DNA of 64,000 nt from a virus (Duplodnaviria; Heunggongvirae; Uroviricota; Caudoviricetes): IMG/VR virus record IMGVR_UViG_3300045836_000008; one strand, written 5' to 3'. Under the pieces are notes generated by a model that saw nothing but the letters and a program-made list of their open reading frames with translations, did not search any database and was not told the origin of the DNA. Shown here one piece after another: positions 27,755 to 35,395 of this stretch. Both the position numbers and the translations under genes were made by a program. Every line of letters begins with the position of its first letter. The stretch's first letter is position 1.

Positions 27755-28241
27755 GGTCAGCACGTTTGCCTTCGTATTTTACTGGTACGTCATGGTGGTT
27801 CAGAACGACTGCCATGCCACGGTTCACATAGCCGTGATACCCATGATCGACCACGGCACGTTCAAATGCGTTGCTGTGGTCTTCCCCGTTGTACACGTGC
27901 TTCGCAGCCGTGTCGCGGATTTCCTTGCTATGTTCAGGTGAAGCCTTTTCCGGGTTGTACATCTTGTGCAGCGTTGCGCTGTACGTGTGCTGTCCGAGTC
28001 CACTTTCGTGTACCTTCGATACTTTCTCGCCAGCATCGGCGTGATAAAAGTAGACACGTTTCTTGATGCGTTCGTCCTTGGTTTCACCCAGACGCTTCGC
28101 TTCCGCACCCTTGATCCCCGTCCCGTATTTGTTGCCGTCCAGACTTGACAGACCTTCCTTGTGGGAGTAGTGCAGTCCGTGGATAGTGTCGCCCTTGATC
28201 GGTTCTTCCCGCTCGGACAGAAATTGTTTGAATGTTTGCAT
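27735..28241 (-). CDS. hypothetical protein on the minus strand (168 aa from MQTFKQ...)
   Basis: The only minus-strand ORF with coding-like composition in the + strand block. His/Gly/Lys-rich. Start codon abuts the -35 of the divergent + strand promoter. The longer track ORF upstream is antisense to the + gene 28305-28547. Confidence 0.4.
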   Translation of the reverse strand: MQTFKQFLSEREEPIKGDTIHGLHYSHKEGLSSLDGNKYGTGIKGAEAKRLGETKDERIKKRVYFYHADAGEKVSKVHESGLGQHTYSATLHKMYNPEKASPEHSKEIRDTAAKHVYNGEDHSNAFERAVVDHGYHGYVNRGMAVVLNHHDVPVKYEGKRADLMKGTS

Positions 28242-28270
28242 TGACAGATTCCCAACGTTGTTGGTACTAT
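28241..28270 (+). promoter_or_regulatory. family promoter TTGACA-gattcccaacgttgttgg-TACTAT
   Basis: Read directly. Drives 28305-28547. Confidence 0.55.
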
Positions 28271-28304
28271 TTAGGCTCTGACAACGACTAGGGAGTGCCC
28301 TAAC

Positions 28305-28547
28305 ATGACGACGAATCAATTCCTTCTTTCCGATGTTGGCTCGGATGCAACCGGCCAGACCAAGACCTTCGTGAACCTGCACGATGACGTGATCGCACCG
28401 AAGGGCGCGGTGTCTCTGTCGATTTCGACGGTCTACAACAAGGCCCGGAACCCGGACGCCCACATCTCGAAGCTGGCCCTGACGGTCGGTTCCAAGGACA
28501 AGCTGCGTGAACTCGGTCAGTTCTTGATCGACTTTGCGAATGCTTGA
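28305..28547 (+). CDS. hypothetical protein
   Basis: 80-aa ORF after a family promoter. Confidence 0.5.
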   Translation: MTTNQFLLSDVGSDATGQTKTFVNLHDDVIAPKGAVSLSISTVYNKARNPDAHISKLALTVGSKDKLRELGQFLIDFANA

Positions 28548-28573
28548 CGACATTCCCAAGGTTGGTGTATCAT
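28544..28573 (+). promoter_or_regulatory. family promoter TTGACG-acattcccaaggttggtg-TATCAT
   Basis: Palindrome CCAAGGTTGG. Leader AGCGATTCATCAACCTTGG repeats the half-site. Confidence 0.6.
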
Positions 28574-28599
28574 AGCGATTCATCAACCTTGGAAAGACT

Positions 28600-28818
28600 A
28601 TGAGAGAAGAAGATATGTTGGACCTTCGCGAAGGTCTATGGGTGATCGTTGCACCGGCTGCTGGCCTGTCGCGTCACTCCATCTTCGCGAAGGTCCGTGG
28701 TATTGCGACCAACCCGCTTCCTGTGATCGGACGCAACGTCATCGTTGAACCTGAATTTCCGCTTGGCAAGTTTTCGTGCCACTCGGTGTTTGAACTGCAC
28801 CTGACACCCATCGAATGA
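28600..28818 (+). CDS. small hypothetical protein
   Basis: 72-aa ORF. Confidence 0.45.
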   Translation: MREEDMLDLREGLWVIVAPAAGLSRHSIFAKVRGIATNPLPVIGRNVIVEPEFPLGKFSCHSVFELHLTPIE

Positions 28819-29384
28819 ATTCTGTAGTCTGCTATCCGCCGCTGCGTCGCTGGAAGAAACCCGGCAATGTTGAACTGTCGGTGTTCCTTGCTGGAACTAT
28901 CGAGATGGGAAATTCCCACGACTGGCAGCAAGAGATGATCGACACGATTCAGGATCGGGCGTCCGTCATCTACAACCCGCGTCGCGCCGAATGGGACGCA
29001 TCATGGGTGCAGTCGATTCACGCCGTGCCGTTCAACAACCAAGTCAATTGGGAACTCGATTTCATCGAAGCTGCTGACCGCGTGTACATGTTTCTCGATC
29101 CCGCGTCGAAGTCGGTAATTTCGATGCTCGAATTGGGGTTCCTTGCCGCGTATGCACCTGATAAGCTATGGGTTTGCTGTCCCGATGGTTTCTGGCGCAA
29201 GGGCAACGTCGAAATCGTCTGCAATCGGTACGGCATCAAGCTGTACGAGTCCTTCAATGTGTTCAAGAACGCCGCACGGCTGGACCTTGAACGCGCCTAC
29301 GACAACTTCAAGATCAAAAAGGTGACAGATGAAGAAAGGCGAAGCCCTATCGAAGATGCTGCTGCTTGTCACGACCCGCTTTGA
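28815..29384 (+). CDS. nucleoside 2-deoxyribosyltransferase-like protein
   Basis: N-terminal VFLAGTIEMG (the NDT-family LAG motif) and a conserved acidic residue later. 189 aa. Confidence 0.5.
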   Translation: MNSVVCYPPLRRWKKPGNVELSVFLAGTIEMGNSHDWQQEMIDTIQDRASVIYNPRRAEWDASWVQSIHAVPFNNQVNWELDFIEAADRVYMFLDPASKSVISMLELGFLAAYAPDKLWVCCPDGFWRKGNVEIVCNRYGIKLYESFNVFKNAARLDLERAYDNFKIKKVTDEERRSPIEDAAACHDPL

Positions 29385-29796
29385 CGGCGTTTTCGACAAG
29401 TCCGGGCAACCGTACATCCTGCATCTGTTGAAGGTCATGCACTACTGCAAGACCGACGACGAAGAACTTCAGTGCATCGCACTCGGTCATGACTTCGTTG
29501 AAGACATCTTCCCGAACGACCACTTGGCCGGGTATGCACTGCTGCGCCGCGAAGGCTTCAGCGAACGGGTCATTCAGGGCATCCGCCGCATGACGAAGGT
29601 CGAAGGCGAGACGGAAGAAGCCTACATCGCCAAGGTGTCGGAATCCATCGACTCGATCACCGTCAAACTAGCCGATCTTCGCCATAACAGCGACATCCGC
29701 CGTTTGAAAGGTCTGCGCGAGAAGGACTTCGAGCGCATGCAGAAGTACCATCGGATGTACCTGAAGCTGAAGGAAGCTGAACTTGAATACGCCTAA
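29329..29796 (+). CDS. HD-domain (p)ppGpp-hydrolase-like protein (SpoT/Mesh1-type)
   Basis: HLLKV...ALGHDFVED HD motif and a downstream DLRHN helix. Confidence 0.6.
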   Translation: MKKGEALSKMLLLVTTRFDGVFDKSGQPYILHLLKVMHYCKTDDEELQCIALGHDFVEDIFPNDHLAGYALLRREGFSERVIQGIRRMTKVEGETEEAYIAKVSESIDSITVKLADLRHNSDIRRLKGLREKDFERMQKYHRMYLKLKEAELEYA

Positions 29797-30010
29797 GATC
29801 ATCGTCTTGACGCTGGCTGCTTGCTTTGTGGCCCTGATCGGATGGGGCATCTACGGCGACATCGAACACCACAAGTACCTTGAAGCGCACGGTTGCCAGT
29901 TGTACTTCAAGGCTGAGACTGGCCGAACGTACATGTCTGGGAAGACGCAGCACTACGAAAGAGTGTACGTCTACGAGTGCGCTGATGGTCGAAAGGTTGA
30001 ACTTGATTAG
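29783..30010 (+). CDS. small hypothetical membrane protein (TTG start)
   Basis: ORF-track call. TM segment IIVLTLAACFVALIGWGIYG. Confidence 0.35.
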   Translation: MNTPKIIVLTLAACFVALIGWGIYGDIEHHKYLEAHGCQLYFKAETGRTYMSGKTQHYERVYVYECADGRKVELD

Positions 30011-30013
30011 CGC

Positions 30014-30042
30014 TTGACAGAATTCCCAAGTCTGGGTATAGT
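30014..30042 (+). promoter_or_regulatory. family promoter TTGACA-gaattcccaagtctggg-TATAGT
   Basis: Leader TACATCCATCGCAGCGCACTTGGAG repeats the CTTGG half-site. Confidence 0.6.
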
Positions 30043-30073
30043 TACATCCATCGCAGCGCACTTGGAGCAAGAC

Positions 30074-30265
30074 ATGACGAAGACGCAATACGAAGCTGGT
30101 CAAGAAATCGTAGTCCACGGCCAGAAGTTCTTCATCGTCAAGGTGCGTGAATTCAATGCGCTCGGTGGTGTCATCCGTTCGGCGCTGACCCTTCGCAAAC
30201 CGCGCGGGCGTCGCACCTACGAAATGATCGTCTACGAGAACGGCGCGTTCTCTTCCGTCATCTAA
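30074..30265 (+). CDS. small hypothetical protein (63 aa)
   Basis: ATG after GGAGCAAGAC. Confidence 0.45.
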   Translation: MTKTQYEAGQEIVVHGQKFFIVKVREFNALGGVIRSALTLRKPRGRRTYEMIVYENGAFSSVI

Positions 30266-30277
30266 GGGAGTTACATC

Positions 30278-30664
30278 ATGGGTCTGACTGCAAGCATCTT
30301 CGTGAACAAGGAACCGGGCTACGAGAACTGTTCGAACGGCGGCATCTCCGCGCAGTTCCGACAGGTCTGCATCGTGAACGCGAGTGGTCCGAGTGAACCA
30401 CGTCCCGACTGCCCCGCCGTCATCATCGAGTCGCACGTGAAGGGTATCGTGCGGGCCATCCCGGCGCAGAACGTGCAAGGCGAATGGCGTGCCGTCGAGA
30501 TGGCACATTGTGTGGGGCCGATGGCCGGTGGTGCGTACATCGCCACATCGGACAGCCGGTTCGGTGAACTGGTCGAAAAGCTGATCGGTGGTCGGTTCTA
30601 TGGTGCAGTCGCGCTGCATGACCGCTTCGAATCGACGGAAGACTACAGCAGAAATTTCGATTAA
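30278..30664 (+). CDS. hypothetical protein
   Basis: 128-aa ORF. Confidence 0.5.
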   Translation: MGLTASIFVNKEPGYENCSNGGISAQFRQVCIVNASGPSEPRPDCPAVIIESHVKGIVRAIPAQNVQGEWRAVEMAHCVGPMAGGAYIATSDSRFGELVEKLIGGRFYGAVALHDRFESTEDYSRNFD

Positions 30665-30667
30665 CGC

Positions 30668-30718
30668 TTGACGAATTCCCAACGTTGCGATATGATTCAC
30701 ACATGCCGCAACGTTGGG
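30668..30718 (+). promoter_or_regulatory. family promoter TTGACG-aattcccaacgttgcga-TATGAT with a perfect 12-bp inverted repeat (CCCAACGTTGCG / CGCAACGTTGGG) bracketing the -10
   Basis: The two arms are exact reverse complements about 17 nt apart and flank TATGATTCACACATGC. Confidence 0.65.
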
Positions 30719-30741
30719 CGAACAAAACAGGAGAGTAGAAC

Positions 30742-31053
30742 ATGGGTATGACTGTCACGCCGAAGTACGCACTGGAAATCTTCACGAACAAACTGGTGAA
30801 CGGCAAGTGGGTGCAAGTCCCGGCGCTGGACTGCGCGACGTGGGACATCAAGCGCTATGGCCGTCCGACCGCAGAGAACTTGGAGAAGTACGTGATGGCG
30901 TATGCCAAGTCGCTCGAAGCCGGTGGCGTCAACGAAGGCATCTCGAAGGATTTGGGCTACATCCCGTATCCGACGAAGGCCGTGATCCGCTACAACCACA
31001 CCCACGGTGCAGAAGTCGCAGTGTGGAAGGCCGCAGCATTCCAAGTCTGGTAA
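30742..31053 (+). CDS. hypothetical protein
   Basis: 103-aa ORF. Confidence 0.5.
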   Translation: MGMTVTPKYALEIFTNKLVNGKWVQVPALDCATWDIKRYGRPTAENLEKYVMAYAKSLEAGGVNEGISKDLGYIPYPTKAVIRYNHTHGAEVAVWKAAAFQVW

Positions 31054-31063
31054 GGGGAACGTC

Positions 31064-31300
31064 ATGAACAAGGCAAAGCTGATCGAAGACTTGCGCAGCA
31101 TCAAGAAGGACGCCACGATGAATACGGCAGACTTCAGCCGCATCTCAACGGGCGAAATCTTCACGTACCCGACCAACGAAGCGGAAGTCACGGCGTTCAT
31201 CGAAGAGCGCACGCGAATCTGGCGGGAAACGTGGATCGTCGGGATGCTTGGTGAAGTGATCCGCGATCTGGAAGAGAACACCGCCCGTTACCGCGACTAG
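31064..31300 (+). CDS. small hypothetical protein (78 aa)
   Basis: ATG after GGGGAACGTC. Confidence 0.45.
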   Translation: MNKAKLIEDLRSIKKDATMNTADFSRISTGEIFTYPTNEAEVTAFIEERTRIWRETWIVGMLGEVIRDLEENTARYRD

Positions 31301-31307
31301 GCATCCC

Positions 31308-31553
31308 ATGAAGACGAATACGATTGGCCCGCACGATCAGCTTCCCAACAAGACGCGCGTGCGGGTCGGTATGAGACTTGGTGTGGTGGTGGACTCGAAG
31401 ATCGTGTCTGCCATCCCATCCGGTTTGATCGTGGTCCACACGATTGAATTCACCCATCGCATAGTTCGATGGCCCGCCAGAAGGTTCATCGAACTGAACC
31501 GTCCGATTCGGATGGAAGTGAACTATTCGGGTATCAGCGTCATACAGGATTAA
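31308..31553 (+). CDS. small hypothetical protein
   Basis: 81-aa ORF. Confidence 0.4.
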   Translation: MKTNTIGPHDQLPNKTRVRVGMRLGVVVDSKIVSAIPSGLIVVHTIEFTHRIVRWPARRFIELNRPIRMEVNYSGISVIQD

Positions 31554-31745
31554 ATGCTTCTCCGCGTCATCATTCTGTTTCTTCTGTTTGCTGGTGGATG
31601 TTGGGGCTTCATCACGATTGCCCCGCGTGTCACCGGCAAGCAGTGGTTGACGGTCGGCAAGATCGTCTCCAAGGCTGCAATCTGCGCAGTGGTCGCAGCC
31701 TGTTGTCTCGCCACACTCGCACTTCTACAACAAGCAACGAACTAA
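31554..31745 (+). CDS. small membrane protein with two predicted TM helices (holin-like topology possible)
   Basis: LLRVIILFLLFAGGCWGFITIA and AAICAVVAACCLATLALL. Confidence 0.4.
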   Translation: MLLRVIILFLLFAGGCWGFITIAPRVTGKQWLTVGKIVSKAAICAVVAACCLATLALLQQATN

Positions 31746-31759
31746 AGGTTCCACACGAT

Positions 31760-32557
31760 ATGAAAATTTTGAAGTCGCTGTTTCTCGTCATGATGATCGC
31801 GGCACTGGCCGCATGTGGCCGCATCGATACCGGTCATACCGGTGTCCGCACAAGCTGGAACAAGCAGGTTCAGCAAGAAGTCGTGCATCCGGGCATGTAC
31901 ATCGCAGTCACGGACTCGGTTCAACAGTACGTCACCAACGAAGTGACGTTCGAAATCAAAGACCTTCAGCCACAAACGCTGGACAAGTCGTACCTGAAGG
32001 ACTTGGACTTCTCGTACACGTACAAGGTCGATTCGTCGGACCTTCCGAACCTTGTCACCACGTTCAAGAACCGCACGGCGGTCAATGGTGACGACTACTA
32101 CCCGATGGGCCTGTACGTCGATACGCAGATTCGTGCAGCCGCCTACACCGCTGCTGGCAAGTTCAACGCGATGGACGCGAACTCGCACCGCAGCGACATC
32201 GAGAAAGACATCAAGACCATCGTCCAGTCGAAGTTCGCTGAAGAAGGTCTGGACAAGGTGATCCACGTGTCGCAGGTGACGATCCGCAACATCGAAGTCG
32301 ATCAGAAGCTTCAAGACGCCGTGGTGCGCCAGTTGAACGCCCAGACCGACAACAAGACCAAAGACATCGAAATCGACACGGCACAGAAAGAAGCCAAGCG
32401 TATGCAGATGTTGACCGAAAACAGTGGCGGTCAGACGTACATCAACCTGCTGAACGCCCAAGCGAACATGAAGATCGCAGAAGGCATCGCGAACGGTCGC
32501 GTCAACACCATCGTCGTGCCGACTGACTTCAAGGGCATCGTCAACACGGCGCACTGA
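31760..32557 (+). CDS. SPFH/band-7 (prohibitin-like) domain lipoprotein
   Basis: Lipoprotein signal LAAC-G followed by an SPFH-like region (long alpha-helical segment QKLQDAVVRQLNAQTDNKTKDIEID...). Confidence 0.55.
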   Translation: MKILKSLFLVMMIAALAACGRIDTGHTGVRTSWNKQVQQEVVHPGMYIAVTDSVQQYVTNEVTFEIKDLQPQTLDKSYLKDLDFSYTYKVDSSDLPNLVTTFKNRTAVNGDDYYPMGLYVDTQIRAAAYTAAGKFNAMDANSHRSDIEKDIKTIVQSKFAEEGLDKVIHVSQVTIRNIEVDQKLQDAVVRQLNAQTDNKTKDIEIDTAQKEAKRMQMLTENSGGQTYINLLNAQANMKIAEGIANGRVNTIVVPTDFKGIVNTAH

Positions 32558-32558
32558 C

Positions 32559-32792
32559 ATGGCAACAGCAACAACCGTCTACGCAGTGAAGCGCCGCAGC
32601 GATGGCGCATGGTACGGCCCGACATGGGGCAAGTCGTTCGGGTTCGGTGGTCTGCGTGTCTCGATGTTCGACACGCCCGGTAAGGCGAAGACCTGTATCA
32701 GCCGGAAAAGCGGTTATGGTGGTGTGAAGCCGGAAGACTTCGCCATCATGGTGATCGACCTGAACCAAGCAACAGAGTACGTGCCGAACTGA
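32559..32792 (+). CDS. small hypothetical protein
   Basis: 77-aa ORF. Confidence 0.4.
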   Translation: MATATTVYAVKRRSDGAWYGPTWGKSFGFGGLRVSMFDTPGKAKTCISRKSGYGGVKPEDFAIMVIDLNQATEYVPN

Positions 32793-33046
32793 TGGGCTAC
32801 TCGTACCGGTTCGGAACCCAGATTCAGACCTTCTGGCCGGATGACGACGAGAAGACCCTGTACTTCTCGTCGGATTCATACCTGACGGTTTCTGACATGC
32901 TGGAACAGGCCCGCGACCATTGGGGCCAAGATGTCAAGCTGGAAGACATCAACATCGGAGCCGAACACATCCACACGGATTGTCTCGGTTACGACAGGTA
33001 CGATGCTGGTGACTACACGAACTTCATCGTCCTGACACGCAAGTAA
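32792..33046 (+). CDS. small hypothetical protein
   Basis: 84-aa ORF. Confidence 0.4.
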   Translation: MGYSYRFGTQIQTFWPDDDEKTLYFSSDSYLTVSDMLEQARDHWGQDVKLEDINIGAEHIHTDCLGYDRYDAGDYTNFIVLTRK

Positions 33047-33120
33047 TCCCAAGGTTGGGAATGCTTGACAAGACTCCCGGTTGCGCGTATGATTCAACTC
33101 ATACCAACGCACCGGGAGTT
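33047..33120 (+). promoter_or_regulatory. family promoter: palindrome TCCCAAGGTTGGGA upstream, TTGACA-agactcccggttgcgcg-TATGAT, and inverted repeat ACTCCCGGTTGCG / CGCACCGGGAGT bracketing the -10, followed by UUUUC
   Basis: Read directly. The second arm plus the U-run could terminate read-through transcripts. Confidence 0.6.
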
Positions 33121-33125
33121 TTCAC

Positions 33126-33518
33126 ATGGACAACAAGATCGTTGACATCCGCATCGAAGGCGACTTGTATGTTGCCGGTCGCACGGAAGACGGTGAAGAC
33201 TACATCGCAGAGAACTTCATGGTATGCGTCGAGTTCGCCTACGGGGAAGTCTACCGTCACAAAACGATGTGGCTCGGTTGCAAGGTTCATGAAGCGGACC
33301 CCGAAGACGACTGGTATGGCATCGGCTTCGAAGACATCCGGGAAGCTTCCCGCGCATCCGCTGAACGTCTTCTCGCGCGTGTCACGGAACATGTGGGAAA
33401 AGGTGGTACTCTGAACATGGACCACTGGACCTTTCGTCGTACAAGTTACGGATCGCGCGCTTATCTGGACGAGTGCGCTATGATGACCCCGGCGCAACTG
33501 GCCGGAGAAAATGAATAA
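33126..33518 (+). CDS. hypothetical protein
   Basis: 130-aa ORF. Confidence 0.5.
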   Translation: MDNKIVDIRIEGDLYVAGRTEDGEDYIAENFMVCVEFAYGEVYRHKTMWLGCKVHEADPEDDWYGIGFEDIREASRASAERLLARVTEHVGKGGTLNMDHWTFRRTSYGSRAYLDECAMMTPAQLAGENE

Positions 33519-33555
33519 AATCAATCAGTTAGACCACGCGAAAAGGAGAAATTAC

Positions 33556-33753
33556 ATGAGCCACAAACTGACCATCACCATCGAGACGGGAAACGCCGCT
33601 TTCGAATACCATGACGGGGAAGAAATCGCCCGCATCCTTCGAGAACTGGCGGCGCGCTCGCAGTACGTGCCCTTGGCAACCGAACTGCACGATCTGGCGC
33701 TTTTCGACACCAACGGCAACAAGGTCGGAACGGTCAAGGTCGAACCATGCTGA
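33556..33753 (+). CDS. small hypothetical protein (65 aa)
   Basis: ATG after AAAAGGAGAAATTAC. Confidence 0.45.
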   Translation: MSHKLTITIETGNAAFEYHDGEEIARILRELAARSQYVPLATELHDLALFDTNGNKVGTVKVEPC

Positions 33754-33998
33754 CATTCAACGAATGGGGTGAACAGGTGCGCGAACAGTTGGCGGTCTTG
33801 GGTATGGCCGCTGACAAGCACGCGCTGTATCTCAACATAGAAGCCGCTGGAAGGCTTCTCGATGATGGGGAATATCCAACCGTTCTCGCAATGTTGCAGG
33901 GCGTCTGTGAAGGTCTACAGGCCGTCCCTGAAGCATTTGCCGAAGCCGCCCACGTCTGCGAAATCGTGAAGAAATATCCACATGAAGAAACGCAGTGA
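33747..33998 (+). CDS. small hypothetical protein
   Basis: 83-aa ORF. Confidence 0.4.
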   Translation: MLTFNEWGEQVREQLAVLGMAADKHALYLNIEAAGRLLDDGEYPTVLAMLQGVCEGLQAVPEAFAEAAHVCEIVKKYPHEETQ

Positions 33999-34257
33999 TC
34001 CCAAATACTTCCAAGAGAAAATCGTGACTTCGGCGTATGCCTACCGTGGTCACGAAATCTGGAAGAACGCCGCCCTTCAGAAGTGGGTCATCAATGGCCT
34101 ACCTGAAGGGCAATTTCCAACCTTGAAAGAAGCCAAGGCATACGTTGATCGTGTGCTGAAGTATGGCGTCCGTTTCACCAAAAAGAAGAAACAGTGTTCT
34201 ACGACAGCAACCGCGAACCCGGCATCGGATTCGTCACACTCCCCATCTCTGAAGTAA
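33982..34257 (+). CDS. small hypothetical basic protein
   Basis: 91-aa ORF. Confidence 0.4.
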   Translation: MKKRSDPKYFQEKIVTSAYAYRGHEIWKNAALQKWVINGLPEGQFPTLKEAKAYVDRVLKYGVRFTKKKKQCSTTATANPASDSSHSPSLK

Positions 34258-34592
34258 TCTCCCGCGCTGAATTAGCCCTTGCGGACCTTCTTGCCAAACG
34301 AGAAGAGTCCCGCAAGGCGTTCATCTCCCACTTCACCCAAGAACCTACCGGTTGGCGCAAATGGCTCGGTCGCAAGGCATGGACCGAAGAAGAAGCCATC
34401 AAGCACATCAACGAAGACATGTGGCTTGGGTACGAGTATCACTACATGACGCCCGAGTACCAATCTCCAAAGAAGACCAAGCTTGAACAGCTTATCAAGG
34501 TCGGCAATGGGATGCTGGAAGACAACGTGTACGTGAAGGAAATGACCGTCAGCATCGAAATGGCAAACATGTTGTATTCGTGCAACATGTGA
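34194..34592 (+). CDS. hypothetical protein (GTG start)
   Basis: ORF-track call. Overlaps the previous ORF by 63 nt. Confidence 0.4.
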   Translation: MFYDSNREPGIGFVTLPISEVISRAELALADLLAKREESRKAFISHFTQEPTGWRKWLGRKAWTEEEAIKHINEDMWLGYEYHYMTPEYQSPKKTKLEQLIKVGNGMLEDNVYVKEMTVSIEMANMLYSCNM

Positions 34593-34610
34593 CAAAGTTG
34601 GAAATAAGTG

Positions 34611-34753
34611 TTGACAAGCCCACGTATGTCTGTATAATTCGTTCTCAGGTTGTGACGCAAAACGAAACGCCGAAACGACCTGAACGATAACCAACCCCGT
34701 AGAAGAATCTACATCGTGTAGTTCTCTACTTTTCTTGATAAAGGAAATACATC
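34611..34753 (+). promoter_or_regulatory. promoter TTGACA-16-TATAAT followed by an unusually long (about 115 nt) structured 5' leader
   Basis: The leader contains hairpins (for example AGAAUCUACAUCGUGUAGUUCU) and a GGAAAUACAUC RBS region before the ATG at 34754. Confidence 0.5.
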
Positions 34754-35278
34754 ATGAAGAATATCGCACTCATCGCCGCAATCGCCGCAGCATTCGCAAT
34801 CAACGCACAAGCAGCCGACTTCAGCGGCGCAGTGACCGGTTCGGCATCGGCCTACCAAGGCGCAATCACCGGTTCGGTCGGCAGCGTGTCGCAGGGCAAC
34901 GCCGTGACTTCGGCGGAAGTGGTCGGCAACGGCAGTTCGTACCAGTCGGCCCAGAACGTGACCGGTGGTACGGCGACGGTCGGCGGCACGATCAACGCCG
35001 CTGGCGCATCGGTCGGCACGCAGACGACGCAGTACAGCAACTCGGTCGTGGTCGGCAAGACTTCGGGCGACGCCCCGGCCATGTCGGGCAACAGCATCGT
35101 GAACGGCGGTTCGGCATTCGGCCAGACCAACACGACCGCGACCGGCAACGCGACGTTCGGCAGCGGCGCAATCGGCGGCACGCTCGCCATCGCTGGTGTC
35201 GGCAGCATCGGCCCGGTCGCGCCGATTGGCGGCACGGATAACGGTGTCGGCAACGGCGGTCAGAACCACGGCAAGTAA
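34754..35278 (+). CDS. Sec-secreted Gly/Ser/Thr/Gln/Asn-rich repeat protein
   Basis: Signal peptide MKNIALIAAIAAAFAINAQA|AD. Mature protein is low-complexity with quasi-repeats (SxxxQGxxxGxxxxxxQGN...). No Cys. Confidence 0.7.
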   Translation: MKNIALIAAIAAAFAINAQAADFSGAVTGSASAYQGAITGSVGSVSQGNAVTSAEVVGNGSSYQSAQNVTGGTATVGGTINAAGASVGTQTTQYSNSVVVGKTSGDAPAMSGNSIVNGGSAFGQTNTTATGNATFGSGAIGGTLAIAGVGSIGPVAPIGGTDNGVGNGGQNHGK

Positions 35279-35395
35279 GCCACGGCTGTCTGAGTAGTAC
35301 CTACATGAAGTAAGGGTCCGCGTCCAGCAGAGATGCGAGCGTTAGCCAGAAATCTACGCGGACCCGCAACACCTGAAATCGTTTTGGAGTCCTAT

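Noticed and set aside
29663-30700. 345-aa minus-strand ORF spanning several small + genes and two promoters
   Set aside because: It crosses multiple + strand promoter/terminator elements and intergenic regions. The Arg/Asp-rich translation is typical of an antisense GC-rich frame.
34735-35278. Overlapping alternative-frame ORFs (Arg/Gly-rich, 168 aa) and minus-strand ORFs over the secreted Gly-rich gene
   Set aside because: The GGC/GCA-rich repeat DNA is open in all frames. Only the frame with the signal peptide and an RBS-spaced ATG is credible.
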